NCBI GenBank assembly: GCA_965214755.1
Contig: OZ243979.1
Location: 3,669,022 to 3,733,021, forward strand
Length of the DNA: 64,000 bases
Reading direction: 5' to 3'
Source of the DNA: an uncultured Candidatus Binatia bacterium
Lineage (GTDB): Bacteria > Desulfobacterota > Binatia > Bin18
The translations under genes and the position numbers were made by a program. Below, one piece after another: positions 47,002-57,002 of the stretch. The notes under the pieces are model-generated. The model was given only the letters and a program-made list of their open reading frames with translations. It had not been told where the DNA came from and ran no database searches. Position 1 is the first letter of the stretch; each line of letters starts with the position of its first letter.

Positions 47002-47206
47002 GTCATCCTCCTTGGCCCTCCCTGTGTACGAATCTTCCGAGAGAGAGGCAAGCGCTCACGTTCCGGTTGCAGCTTAATTGAGAGATATTGCTAATCATCT
47101 TGACGAAGGGCTAGGAATGGGAGAAAACCAAGCCCCTGACTAAGTTTGAGACAGCGACGATTGCCTATCAGATATTTATGAGGGGCTTCTAAAAGGTGAC
47201 CGTATT

Positions 47207-47875
47207 ATGCGTCATTTCTATTGGATAGGATTGGTTCTTTTTGGATTTTTCCTATTCCCTGATTTTCTTTTTGCCCAATCCTCTACGCTCCAATATACAC
47301 AAGACGATATGACTGATGAGATTACCGGTGCGAGTCTTGAGATTGCTCATGCTCACGGATTCTTTGGCTGTACTTGTGATACTGAAGAAACGAAGGCTGT
47401 TCGCCAGCTAGCAGAAGCCGCACAAATATCGCGATATTTTTTGGATCGTATGCCAAAAGGGATCGGCATTACGTTTGTGTACAGACCAAAAGAATTTCTG
47501 GTTCATTTAGAGGAATTCATTGATGTTTCTATGCGGATTGATTCTCAACCAGTGACAGAAGCTTCATGGAAATGGGCAGATAACGCCGCGTTTCTTGTGT
47601 CAGGAACGGATATTTTTGGAGAAACTGTCTCTGGACAACTACGGTCTAAGATAAGCTTTGCTATTCGTAACCGTTTTGGATTCACCCACCCTAGTTTAGA
47701 AGCCCTTTCTTTGTTTCTTCGAGCACCAAGTACTCGTGATTTATTAAAAACTATAAGTACTGCACAACAAGTGAGAATAAAAATAGAAGGGGGTAAGGCA
47801 CTTCGATTTGATTTAGTCAAAGCACGGAAAGACATCCAGGAGTTCAAGAAGATTTGTTATAATTATAGATTCTAG
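47207..47875 (+). CDS. Hypothetical secreted protein (signal peptide), in an AT-rich island
   Basis: MRHFYWIGLVLFGFFLFPDFLFAQSS signal peptide; ~42% GC versus ~60% in flanking DNA. Confidence 0.5.
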   Translation: MRHFYWIGLVLFGFFLFPDFLFAQSSTLQYTQDDMTDEITGASLEIAHAHGFFGCTCDTEETKAVRQLAEAAQISRYFLDRMPKGIGITFVYRPKEFLVHLEEFIDVSMRIDSQPVTEASWKWADNAAFLVSGTDIFGETVSGQLRSKISFAIRNRFGFTHPSLEALSLFLRAPSTRDLLKTISTAQQVRIKIEGGKALRFDLVKARKDIQEFKKICYNYRF

Positions 47876-47891
47876 AACTGGAGTATAGCTC

Positions 47892-48269
47892 ATGAAAAGA
47901 GACATGGATTTGGTCAGGAACCTCCTTCTTGCTATTGAGAGTGCGGAAGGGTCATTGACGAATACAACGCTCAGTATTGCACTTAAAAAGTTATACATGG
48001 ACGATTCTCAAATTCCGTCTTACCAGACAATCGTTGGTCACATCGAGATCATGGAAGAAGCAGAGCTTGTGTCTGTGAAACTGGTTCCGCATATGGGTGG
48101 CCCGCCTGCCTTCCTGGGGTTGAGGATGACCTGGCATGGACAAGATTTTCTAGCCAATGCCCGTAACTCTTCCATTTGGGAAAAGGCACGGCCAAAGATG
48201 GAGTCGCTAAGCTTTGACTTGGTAAAACAACTCTTGAGCCTCCTGGTGAAAGAGGCAATGCTGCCCTAA
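47892..48269 (+). CDS. DUF2513-like small protein, in the AT-rich island
   Basis: MKRDMDLVRNLLLAIESAEG... N-terminus characteristic of DUF2513 phage-associated proteins (from memory). Confidence 0.4.
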   Translation: MKRDMDLVRNLLLAIESAEGSLTNTTLSIALKKLYMDDSQIPSYQTIVGHIEIMEEAELVSVKLVPHMGGPPAFLGLRMTWHGQDFLANARNSSIWEKARPKMESLSFDLVKQLLSLLVKEAMLP

Positions 48270-48330
48270 TCAGCATCCTTTCCCGCCACACAGAGTCTCT
48301 CCTTGGTGACTTGACTCAGAAATTCCGTCT

Positions 48331-48361
48331 TCTATCAAGCGCCTGGAAAAATCTTGATAGA
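48331..48361. repeat. Inverted repeat at the right edge of the AT-rich island
   Basis: TCTATCAAG-cgcctggaaaaat-CTTGATAGA. Confidence 0.4.
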
Positions 48362-48488
48362 GGAAGGGACGCTACGAAATGTGCCCAGAGCCTTCCGTCC
48401 GTACCTTGTCACTGTTCGGGCTGAATGGTAGGGTTCCCCTCGATTTTACGGCTCGTCCCTCGACTGGAACGTATTCAGGAGTGCATAC

Positions 48489-49367
48489 ATGTCCGAACAG
48501 CAAGCAGACATTTCAGCCCAGCGCGTGACCTATCGTGTCGAAGAAGAACTCACCATTATCGGCGACGCCTGGGGAAACGCCGACAATCCGCCCGTCCTGC
48601 TCTTGCACGGCGGCGGCCAAACGCGCTTTGCCTGGGGCAATACGGCCCGGACCCTGGCCGAGCAAGGCTGGTATGCAGTATCCCTGGACCTGCGTGGTCA
48701 TGGAGAGAGCGGCTGGGCTCCGGACGGCAACTATAATATCGAGAAGTTTTCCGCGGACCTCCACGTCGTGTTGGGTCATTTCGACCGGCGTCCGGTCCTG
48801 GTGGGGGCCTCCCTCGGCGGCATTACCTCAATGCTGACCGAAGGGGAAGCGCCGCAGCCGGTGAGTGCCGGGGTGGTGCTGGTTGATGTCACGCCGCGGG
48901 TGGAGCAGAAAGGCGTAGACCGCATTCGAGCCTTCATGACCGCCCGGCCCGATGGCTTTGAGAGCCTGGAAGAAGTTGCCGATACCATCGCTGCGTATAT
49001 TCCTCACCGTCCTCGCCCCAAGGATGTGAGCGGTCTGGCCAAAAACCTGCGTAAGGGAGAGGACGGCCGCTATCGCTGGCACTGGGACCCGAACCTCATG
49101 CACCCGGCCCGCTTTCGGCGCGACCCCGAACGGCTCATGGCCGCGGCCCGCGGGCTGCGGCGGGTGCCGACCCTGCTGGTCCGGGGGAAGCTCAGCGATG
49201 TGATCAGCGACGAAACGACCCAGGAATTTCTCGACGCCGTGCCGCACGCCAAATATATAGACGTGTCTGATGCCGGCCATATGGTCGCCGGAGATAAAAA
49301 CGATATCTTCAGCCAAGCGGTGATCGAGTTCCTGACTGATATCAAGACAACCGCGCCGGCCGCCTAG
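48489..49367 (+). CDS. Alpha/beta-fold hydrolase
   Basis: VLLLHGGGQTRFAW...GASLGG nucleophile elbow. Confidence 0.7.
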   Translation: MSEQQADISAQRVTYRVEEELTIIGDAWGNADNPPVLLLHGGGQTRFAWGNTARTLAEQGWYAVSLDLRGHGESGWAPDGNYNIEKFSADLHVVLGHFDRRPVLVGASLGGITSMLTEGEAPQPVSAGVVLVDVTPRVEQKGVDRIRAFMTARPDGFESLEEVADTIAAYIPHRPRPKDVSGLAKNLRKGEDGRYRWHWDPNLMHPARFRRDPERLMAAARGLRRVPTLLVRGKLSDVISDETTQEFLDAVPHAKYIDVSDAGHMVAGDKNDIFSQAVIEFLTDIKTTAPAA

Positions 49368-49626
49368 GCAAATTGCGATTCCGTGTAGCCGCCCGCTGGA
49401 TGCCGGATTACGTCCGGCATGACGGGAGCCCCCTGCACGGCTGGAGCTTATCGTGCAACGCTCTAGGCAAGCTCTTCGGCAGAGCCGGGTCTACCGCCCT
49501 CGGCCCATGGTGTAAAACTCGGCGTTGGGTCGCATAAGTGCTTGCCAAAGAATCTTGGCTTTCACCATGGAGCCGGCTAGGCTAGGGGCTCGCCCGTGAG
49601 CCCTTGGGAGGCGAAAGGAGGACCCC

Positions 49627-50049
49627 ATGGAAAACAAGCCGGAAAAAACCGCACTGCAAGACGATTACTCCTACCGGGCGGTTGACGCCTATAACACCCG
49701 GATATACCTCCTCCCGGCTTTGGCCGACCCCGAGCGCCGCGCCGCGCTTATTGCCGAGCACCGCGCCCGCCCGCTGTATGAGGCCGCCCAGCCCGGCAAG
49801 CCGGCACCCATGGACAGCCCGGCCCTGGCCCGTCTGCTGGACCGCCTGCGCGTTGTCCCCCAACAGGACAAGCACGTCATTATCGAAACGCGCCCTTGGG
49901 AAGAATATCGTATTGGGGTTCTGCCCGGCGTCCGGGGCAAGGCGGTTGAAATAACGGACGAAGCCTATCCCACCCGCGAAGACGCCGAGCATGCGATTTT
50001 CCTCAAACGCCTCAACGCCTTACTCGACGCGTACGGGATTACCGACTGA
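49627..50049 (+). CDS. N,N-dimethylformamidase small (alpha) subunit-like protein
   Basis: 140 aa; C-terminal ...RPWEEYRIGVLPGV...EDAEHAIFLKRL parallels the Paracoccus DmfA1 C-terminus (...WDAYRIAT...EEAMHAVFLRRI); located immediately upstream of the large subunit. Confidence 0.55.
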   Translation: MENKPEKTALQDDYSYRAVDAYNTRIYLLPALADPERRAALIAEHRARPLYEAAQPGKPAPMDSPALARLLDRLRVVPQQDKHVIIETRPWEEYRIGVLPGVRGKAVEITDEAYPTREDAEHAIFLKRLNALLDAYGITD

Positions 50050-50073
50050 GCCGCCATTTGTCAGGAGGGACGT

Positions 50074-52443
50074 ATGACGACACTGGGTATTACCGGCTAT
50101 AGCGACCGTATTTCCGTGCAGCCCGGACAGACTGTTCGATTCTATGTGCACTCCGAACGCAACCAAGCCTACCGGGCCGATATCGTGCGGCTCATCCATG
50201 GCGACACCAATCCTGACGGTCCCGGCTATAAGGAAGAAGAGATTGCGAGCTGTGGTGAATATCCGGGGCGTCACCAAGCCGTCCATGCCGGCTCGTATAT
50301 TTGTGTGCCACACGATACGCGGTTCGATATCAGCAGCTTTACCCTGATGGCCCTGGTTTTTCCCACGACGCCAACCAAAGGGGTGCAGGGCATTGTCACG
50401 AAATGGTCCGGGCCGGAAGAGACGGGCTACGGCCTGTTTATTGACGAGCAGAGCGAGCTGGCCGTGCGCATAGGCCGGGGAAAGGGCGTGGTCGAACAGC
50501 TTTCCTCAGGCAAACCGCTGTTCCGTAAGGTGTGGTATCTGGTGGCCGCGAGCTTTGACGCGGCCAGCGGTCATATCAGCCTGGTGCAAGAACCGATTGT
50601 GACCAGCACCAACACGGGACACGGGATGCGTTTTATCCATCCTATCGAAGAAACCCGTGCCGCAGTTGAGCGGTCTGGCTCTCCCCAGGCACCCGCCGCG
50701 AATGACTGTCCGGTGCTGATTGCCGCGGCAACGACCCAGGCGCATTCAGGGCGGTCTGTCTGGGGCGGACACTTCAGTCATGTGCACTCGCCCATCGAGA
50801 TTCCAGAACACGAAGCCAAGTTCAACGGACGGATCGAACGCCCGACTATTGCCAATCGCGTGCTCAATCGGGCGGAAATCGAACGTGTCCTGCACGGTCC
50901 TCGGCCCCTCCCGACCGAGCTGCGACCGGCGCTGGTTGCAGCCTGGGATTTTGCGGCCAATATCGTTCCAAACGCGTCCTCAACCCAGGTGCTGGACGAC
51001 TCCCTGCACCGTCTGCACGGCCACTGCATTAATATGCCGTCACGCGGCATGCCCGGTCACAACTGGACTGCGGATCAGATGAGTTTTACTGCCGCGCCAC
51101 AGGAGTACGGGGCGATTCATTTTCATGACGACGCCATAGACGACGCGCGCTGGGAGGTTGATTTCGAGTTTCCTATTCCCGACGACCTGAAAAGTGGGGT
51201 GTACGCCGCCCGGCTGCGTTTGGGCGGGCAGGACACACCCGGCAATGAAGACTATATCCCCTTCTTTGTGCGTCCTCCGGCCGGTCGCCCTACCGCCAGG
51301 ATCGCAGTAATTATTCCGACGGCCAGCTATATGGCCTATGCCAACGAAAATCTCAGCGCGGACTCACAAGTCGCCCAACTCCTGACCGGCCGCGTGCCGC
51401 TGATGCAGCCTGGGGACCTCTTACTCCAAGAGAAAGACGGCTACGGCTACGGCACCTACACCGTTCATAGTGACGGCTGGGGGGTGCATATCTCCTCGCG
51501 GCTGCGGCCCATTCTCAATATGCGGCCCAAATACACCCACGTGCTGTCGCCGTCGGTCTGGCAACTGAACGCCGACCTCCATCTGACCGACTGGCTTGAA
51601 GCCATGGCGTTTGACTTTGACGTGCATACGGATGAAGACCTGCAACGCGAAGGGGTCGAACTGCTGAAGCAATACCGCGTCGTGCTGACCTGTCATCATC
51701 CCGAGTATTGCTCGGAAGAAATGCTGGACGCCTACGAAGCCTACCAGCAGCAAGGCGGCCGCTGGCTGTATCTGGCGGCCAACGGCTTTTACTGGTGTAC
51801 GGTGTTTCATCCTGATAATCCCGCTCTCATCGAAGTCCGTAAGGGCGACAACGGCACGCGGGCCTGGACCATTAGCCCAGGGGAATACTGCAATGCCTTC
51901 GATGGAAAACACGGCGGCCTGTGGCGGGTACGGGGTCGGAATATGAGTAAGCTGACCGGTGTGAGTTTTACCTCGTTCGGTCTGACGGCCTCCAGCTATT
52001 ACCGCCGAGCCCCGGACAGCTTCCGACCGGAATGTGCCTGGATGTTCGCAGGCATAGGCGAAGACGAGCCGATTGGAAATTTCGGTCTGGTCGGGGGTGG
52101 AGCCGCCGGGCTGGAGCTCGACCGCTACGACCTGGAACTCGGGACGCCCCACAACGCCTTTCTGCTCGCCCACTCCGAGGGACATAACGATATCTTTGTG
52201 ACGGTCTCAGAGGAATCGACGTTCAATGCGCGTGGCTATTTTGCGGCTGGTGGTACCGGCGACCAGAATCCCTATATCCGGGCGGACATTGTCTACTTCA
52301 AAACGCCAAATGACGGGGCGGTGTTCTCGGCTAGCTCCATGGCCTGGTGTGGGAGTCTTTCGCACAACAACTATGACAATAATGTGTCGCGTCTGACCGC
52401 CAATGTCATTCGCGGCTTTCTCCAAGACGGACCGTTGCCGTAG
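50074..52443 (+). CDS. N,N-dimethylformamidase large (beta) subunit-like amidohydrolase
   Basis: 789 aa; many blocks shared with DMFase large subunit: RLIHGDTNPDGPGYKEE, QEYGAIHFHDDAIDDARWEVDFEF, IPFFVRPP, ASYMAYANE, LNMRPK, ADLHLTDWL, GLVGGGAAGLELDRYDLELGTP, VRADIVYF, SLSHNNYDNNVSRLTANV. Confidence 0.7.
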   Translation: MTTLGITGYSDRISVQPGQTVRFYVHSERNQAYRADIVRLIHGDTNPDGPGYKEEEIASCGEYPGRHQAVHAGSYICVPHDTRFDISSFTLMALVFPTTPTKGVQGIVTKWSGPEETGYGLFIDEQSELAVRIGRGKGVVEQLSSGKPLFRKVWYLVAASFDAASGHISLVQEPIVTSTNTGHGMRFIHPIEETRAAVERSGSPQAPAANDCPVLIAAATTQAHSGRSVWGGHFSHVHSPIEIPEHEAKFNGRIERPTIANRVLNRAEIERVLHGPRPLPTELRPALVAAWDFAANIVPNASSTQVLDDSLHRLHGHCINMPSRGMPGHNWTADQMSFTAAPQEYGAIHFHDDAIDDARWEVDFEFPIPDDLKSGVYAARLRLGGQDTPGNEDYIPFFVRPPAGRPTARIAVIIPTASYMAYANENLSADSQVAQLLTGRVPLMQPGDLLLQEKDGYGYGTYTVHSDGWGVHISSRLRPILNMRPKYTHVLSPSVWQLNADLHLTDWLEAMAFDFDVHTDEDLQREGVELLKQYRVVLTCHHPEYCSEEMLDAYEAYQQQGGRWLYLAANGFYWCTVFHPDNPALIEVRKGDNGTRAWTISPGEYCNAFDGKHGGLWRVRGRNMSKLTGVSFTSFGLTASSYYRRAPDSFRPECAWMFAGIGEDEPIGNFGLVGGGAAGLELDRYDLELGTPHNAFLLAHSEGHNDIFVTVSEESTFNARGYFAAGGTGDQNPYIRADIVYFKTPNDGAVFSASSMAWCGSLSHNNYDNNVSRLTANVIRGFLQDGPLP

Positions 52444-52459
52444 GGGGTCAGAGCATGTC

Positions 52460-52759
52460 CTATTGAGATGAAAGACGTTCTGTAATGCGTGTGTAGACAT
52501 CGCGCCGATGAATAACTCCGTAAATCAACACTTCTCTTCGGAGGATGCGAAAGACGACCCGATAGTCTCCAACCCGGAGCTTCCAATAGCCCTTGAGTGT
52601 TCGTTTCAGAGGTTCCCCATACTGCTGTGGTGCTGTCCCCAGTCTGGTCTGAATGGCGCGGGCGATACGTTTGCGAAGATTCCGATTGATCCGAGGGATA
52701 TCTTCAGAGTGGACAGAGGGATGGTAGAGCAACCGATAGGGCGGAGCGGTATCAGTCAT
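52460..52759 (-). CDS. RelE/ParE-family type II toxin
   Basis: 99 aa; ...KGYWKLRVGDYRVVFRILRREVLIYGVIHRRDVY. Confidence 0.7.
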   Translation of the reverse strand: MTDTAPPYRLLYHPSVHSEDIPRINRNLRKRIARAIQTRLGTAPQQYGEPLKRTLKGYWKLRVGDYRVVFRILRREVLIYGVIHRRDVYTRITERLSSQ

Positions 52760-52982
52760 CCCAGGTCGCCTGATGCGTCAGGGCCTGAGTTCGTTGAAAG
52801 GTGCGTGCCCGCTCTTCAGCAAACCGCCCAAGCTCTTCGTCTTCCTGAGCGTCCAGCGCTTCTCGAACGAGGTCGCGGATTTTAAGGGAGAGGGAGATGT
52901 GCTCTTTCTTGGCGAGCTTCTGGACCCGCTCATACAAGGGCTTTTCCAAAACAACGTTGATACGTGGATTCCTGGTTGGCAT
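52752..52982 (-). CDS. Ribbon-helix-helix antitoxin (cognate of the RelE/ParE toxin)
   Basis: MPTRNPRINVVLEKPLYERVQKLAKKEHISLSLKIRDLVREALD; overlaps the toxin start by 8 nt. Confidence 0.6.
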   Translation of the reverse strand: MPTRNPRINVVLEKPLYERVQKLAKKEHISLSLKIRDLVREALDAQEDEELGRFAEERARTFQRTQALTHQATWDD

Positions 52983-53055
52983 ACGTTTGTCTCCTGAGTG
53001 GTTGCAGTAGTGTATCATTTGTGGAGAACCATACTCAAGCGGCGGTAGTCTTCAG

Positions 53056-53646
53056 ATGGGAGAATCAATGGACCCGGTTACCCGCTGCGCGTGGGCCAAA
53101 AACGAGTTGTCGATTCAGTACCACGACGAGGAATGGGGCGTATCGGTGCGCGACGACCGGACGCTGTTCGAGCTTCTCATCCTCGAAGGGGCCCAGGCTG
53201 GTCTGAGTTGGGACACCATCCTCAAAAAGCGCGCTCACTATCGGACCGTCTTTGACCACTTCGACCCCGTTCGTGTCGCCCGATACACCCCGCGTAAAGT
53301 TGAGCGGCTACTGGCCGACCCCGGTATCGTGCGAAACCGGCTGAAGGTCGAGTCCGCCATAAAGAACGCGAACGCCTTCCTCGCTGTCCAGAAAGAGGCG
53401 GGTAGTTTCGATACTTATATCTGGCAGTTTGTCGGTGGGCGGTCGCGTCAGAACACGTGGCGCACACGGCAAGAGGTCCCGGCGCGCACCGCGCAGTCGG
53501 ACGCGATGAGCAAGGGCCTCAAGAAGCGTGGCTTCTCTTTTGTGGGATCAACAATCTGTTACGCCTTCATGCAGGCCACCGGTATGGTCAACGACCACAC
53601 CACAGACTGTTTTCGCTATGCTGAAGTGGAATCCCTTAACCCGTAA
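53056..53646 (+). CDS. tag: DNA-3-methyladenine glycosylase I
   Basis: YHDEEWGVSVRDDRTLFELLILEGAQAGLSWDTILKKR. Confidence 0.85.
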   Translation: MGESMDPVTRCAWAKNELSIQYHDEEWGVSVRDDRTLFELLILEGAQAGLSWDTILKKRAHYRTVFDHFDPVRVARYTPRKVERLLADPGIVRNRLKVESAIKNANAFLAVQKEAGSFDTYIWQFVGGRSRQNTWRTRQEVPARTAQSDAMSKGLKKRGFSFVGSTICYAFMQATGMVNDHTTDCFRYAEVESLNP

Positions 53647-54646
53647 TGACGATCTTGCCAAAATGCGTGGCACTTTCCATGAGTTTCAGGGCTTCTTGGG
53701 CTTCCTCGAAAGGATACACCCGATCAATCACCGGCTTGATATGATTCACGGTCATGGCCGTATTCATGTCTTCAAACATCTCGCGTGAGCCAACATAGAC
53801 ACCCTGGAGTCGCAGGCTCTTCATCAGCACCGGAATGGGATTGACCTCACCATCCGTGCCGGCCAGAATCCCGATCAGACCAATAAAACCGCCGACCCGC
53901 GTGGCTTCCATCGATTGCACCAGCGTCCCGGCTCCAGCCACTTCGACTACCTGATTGACCCCCACACCATCGGTGAGTTCCAACACCTTTTTGCCCCACT
54001 CTTGTGTGGTCTTGTAATTAATCACTTCGGACGCGCCGAGCTGTGTGGCGCGTCCGAGTTTTTCGTCACTGCTCGAGGTAATAATCGTGCGCACCCCGGC
54101 GGCCTTGGCAAACTGAAGGGCAAAGATCGACACGCCCCCGGTTCCCAGAATCAAGATCGTGTCACCGGCTTTCATATTGCCCAGCGTGACCATACTCTGC
54201 CAGGCGGTGACCGCGGCGCAGGGAAGCGTGGCCGCGTCTTCATACGTCATATAATCGGGGAGCTTCACGACCCCGTCTTCGTGCAAGACGACCAGTTCGG
54301 CCCACATGCCGTCCAGGGCACCACCGAGCGCCGAGGCCGCATGGGACGCGTCCGACCCACCGGCCAGCCAGTTCTGAAAGAAAATACCCGCGACCCGGTC
54401 GCCCGGTTTGACCCGAGTGACGCCCTCGCCAGTGGCCACCACCTCGCCCGCGCCATCGGACAGGGGAATCAACGGCAGCTTGAGGCCCCGCATTCCACCG
54501 TATTTGACGGTCATGAGGTCCCGATAATTGAGTGACGTGGATTTGACCTGAATGACGATCTGACCGTGACCGGGCTGCGGGTCTGGCCGGTCTGCGAGGG
54601 TTAAATTTTCAATGCCGAATTCCTGATTGATTTGCCACGCGCGCAT
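53636..54646 (-). CDS. Zinc-type alcohol dehydrogenase-like / NAD(P)H quinone oxidoreductase (MDR family)
   Basis: MDR fold with GTGGVS Rossmann motif. Confidence 0.75.
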   Translation of the reverse strand: MRAWQINQEFGIENLTLADRPDPQPGHGQIVIQVKSTSLNYRDLMTVKYGGMRGLKLPLIPLSDGAGEVVATGEGVTRVKPGDRVAGIFFQNWLAGGSDASHAASALGGALDGMWAELVVLHEDGVVKLPDYMTYEDAATLPCAAVTAWQSMVTLGNMKAGDTILILGTGGVSIFALQFAKAAGVRTIITSSSDEKLGRATQLGASEVINYKTTQEWGKKVLELTDGVGVNQVVEVAGAGTLVQSMEATRVGGFIGLIGILAGTDGEVNPIPVLMKSLRLQGVYVGSREMFEDMNTAMTVNHIKPVIDRVYPFEEAQEALKLMESATHFGKIVITG

Positions 54647-54669
54647 GTCACAGACTCCTTATTTATATT

Positions 54670-55686
54670 TTATGCGGAAAACGCTTTGACTATCGAGCGC
54701 CAGCGGGCATCGTTCACGCCCGGGCGGTCGGGATGATAGAAGGCCACCCGGTCGAGCAGGCCGTCGTATTTTTCTTTGAGCATGGCCGGAACTTCAGCTG
54801 GGGAACCGGTCACCGCGTACGCGTCCAGCATCTCGTCGGTCACGTCCCTGGCCATGGCCTGCCACTCGCCCTTGGCCGCTTTGGCGTTCAGGCGGAGACA
54901 CACGTCGCCCCAGCCGTGGACGTCCAGCACGGGTTTATACGTTCGGGTAGAGGCATAGAACGCAATCTGCATACGCACCTTTTCGCGCATGGCGTCCATT
55001 TCTTTTTGCGTGTCACCCATAATCACAAAAGACGAGCTTGAGACTATGATGTCTTTTCGGCTACGATCGGATTTCTGCGCTCCCTCTTCAATCTGGGGGA
55101 GCACCCGTTCGCGCAGAAATTTCGCCGAATGAAACGGGTGGGCGTGAAAGCCGTCGCACAACTCGCCCGCCAAACGGCAGATATACGGGTTCACCCCGGC
55201 GATATAGATGGGAATCTGCGGATGGTCGATTTTTCCTGGCGAAAAGGCCGGGGTCATCAGCGTATGCTGATAAAACTCGCCCTGAAAGTCCAACGGCGCG
55301 CCGTTCTGCCAGCAGTCCCAAATCGCTCGCAGCGCCAGAACAATCTCGCGCAGCTTCGGACCCGGCGATTCCCATTTTACACTATACCGCCGCTGGTTAT
55401 GGCCCTTCACCTGGGTGCCGAGTCCCAGAACGAAGCGCCCGTTTGAGGCACGTTGCAGGTCCCAGGCCGTATAGGCCAGCGACATCGGGCTGCGCGGAAA
55501 CGCCAGGGCAATCGCCGTGCCGAGGGTGAGCTTGGTGGTGACGGTCGCCGAGACGGCGAGCGAAAGAAAGGGGTCGTGCTGGTTCTCCATGCTCCACACC
55601 CCGTCAAAACCCATGTCTTCGGCAGTGCGCGCAATCGCAATCGCTTCGTCGAGCGAGCGGGCGGTCAGTAAGCTGTCGAGTTTCAT
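54670..55686 (-). CDS. LLM-class (luciferase-like) flavin/F420-dependent oxidoreductase
   Basis: MKLDSLLTARSLDEAIAIARTAEDMGFDGVWSMENQHDPF. Confidence 0.75.
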   Translation of the reverse strand: MKLDSLLTARSLDEAIAIARTAEDMGFDGVWSMENQHDPFLSLAVSATVTTKLTLGTAIALAFPRSPMSLAYTAWDLQRASNGRFVLGLGTQVKGHNQRRYSVKWESPGPKLREIVLALRAIWDCWQNGAPLDFQGEFYQHTLMTPAFSPGKIDHPQIPIYIAGVNPYICRLAGELCDGFHAHPFHSAKFLRERVLPQIEEGAQKSDRSRKDIIVSSSSFVIMGDTQKEMDAMREKVRMQIAFYASTRTYKPVLDVHGWGDVCLRLNAKAAKGEWQAMARDVTDEMLDAYAVTGSPAEVPAMLKEKYDGLLDRVAFYHPDRPGVNDARWRSIVKAFSA

Positions 55687-55757
55687 CGCTTCTCCGTTTC
55701 TGTCATCAGGATGCCCAAGACGCTATGGGAAACACACTCACCGCGGGAAATCAACGT

Positions 55758-57002
55758 CTAGGGTTTTCCCAGTCTCTCTCCCTCTAAGGAATCGACTCGG
55801 CGTAACTGCGGAAAGATACGCACCCACAGACCAACAACGGCCAGGGTGCCGAGTCCGCCCAGCACCACTGCGGGCACAACCCCAAACCAGGCCGCGGTGA
55901 CGCCGGATTCAAATTCCCCGAGCTCGTTTGACGCCCCAATAAAGACCGATTCGACCGCGCTGACCCGGCCGCGCATATCGTCCGGTGTTTTCACTAAAAC
56001 CAGGACCCGACGAATGACAACACTGACCATGTCTGACGCGCCCAGGATGGCGAGGGCCAGCAACGACAGCCAGAGATTGTGAGACAGCCCAAAGACGACG
56101 ATGGACAGACCGAAGACTCCGACTGCCCCCAGAAGAATCGCGCCCGCATGACGCTGAATCGGTCGGCGCGCGACGATCAGCACCGTAATCAGCGCCCCAA
56201 CTGCCGGCGCGCTTCTCAGCAGCCCCAACCCCCAGGGACCAACGTGCAGAATATCCCGCGCATAGACCGGCAGCAGGGCGGTTGCTCCGCCCAACAGGAC
56301 GGCAAACAGGTCGAGGGATACGGCACCTAGGACAACCGGCTGGCCCCGGATAAAAGAAATCCCGGCCACAACAGACTTCCAGGTGGCGGCCATCTGCTCT
56401 TTCTCGCGTTGTTCAATGCGGATGGTATTCACCAAAAAAACGGAAAGAAGGAACATCAGGACACAGCAGCCATACACCGCCTCCGGTCCAATGGCGTAGA
56501 GCAGCCCGCCTATTGCCGGGCCGACAATGGTCGCGGCCTGCCACGCGGACGAACTCCAGGCCGCGGCATTGGTGAAAAGGCGCTGGGGCACGAGATTGGG
56601 CATAAGCGCAACCGAGGCCGGAAACTCGAAGGCGCGGGCCGTCCCGAACAGGATAAGCACCCCAAAGAGGAAGAGCGTGTTTGTGCCGCCTTGCAGCGTA
56701 AACGTCAGAAAGAGCACAGCGCACAGCGCCTCAACAATGATGCATAGCGCCATCACGATTCGCCGGTCATAGCGATCAGCGACGTGACCGGTCACCAGAG
56801 CGAGGCCGAGCGACGGGAGAAATTGAGCCAGGCCGACCAGGCCGAGGTCGAGTGGCCGGCGCGTCAGATCGTAGATCTGCCAGCCAATGGCCACCGCCTG
56901 CATCTGAATGGCCAGAGTGACACACAGCCGGGCGGCCCAATAGCGTTGGAAGCTGGGGTAGGTAAAGGCCGATGCTGAAGAAAGGGCTGTCCGTTGTTCC
57001 AA
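55758..57002 (-). CDS. MFS transporter
   Basis: 12-TM MFS pattern. Confidence 0.75.
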   Translation of the reverse strand: MEQRTALSSASAFTYPSFQRYWAARLCVTLAIQMQAVAIGWQIYDLTRRPLDLGLVGLAQFLPSLGLALVTGHVADRYDRRIVMALCIIVEALCAVLFLTFTLQGGTNTLFLFGVLILFGTARAFEFPASVALMPNLVPQRLFTNAAAWSSSAWQAATIVGPAIGGLLYAIGPEAVYGCCVLMFLLSVFLVNTIRIEQREKEQMAATWKSVVAGISFIRGQPVVLGAVSLDLFAVLLGGATALLPVYARDILHVGPWGLGLLRSAPAVGALITVLIVARRPIQRHAGAILLGAVGVFGLSIVVFGLSHNLWLSLLALAILGASDMVSVVIRRVLVLVKTPDDMRGRVSAVESVFIGASNELGEFESGVTAAWFGVVPAVVLGGLGTLAVVGLWVRIFPQLRRVDSLEGERLGKP

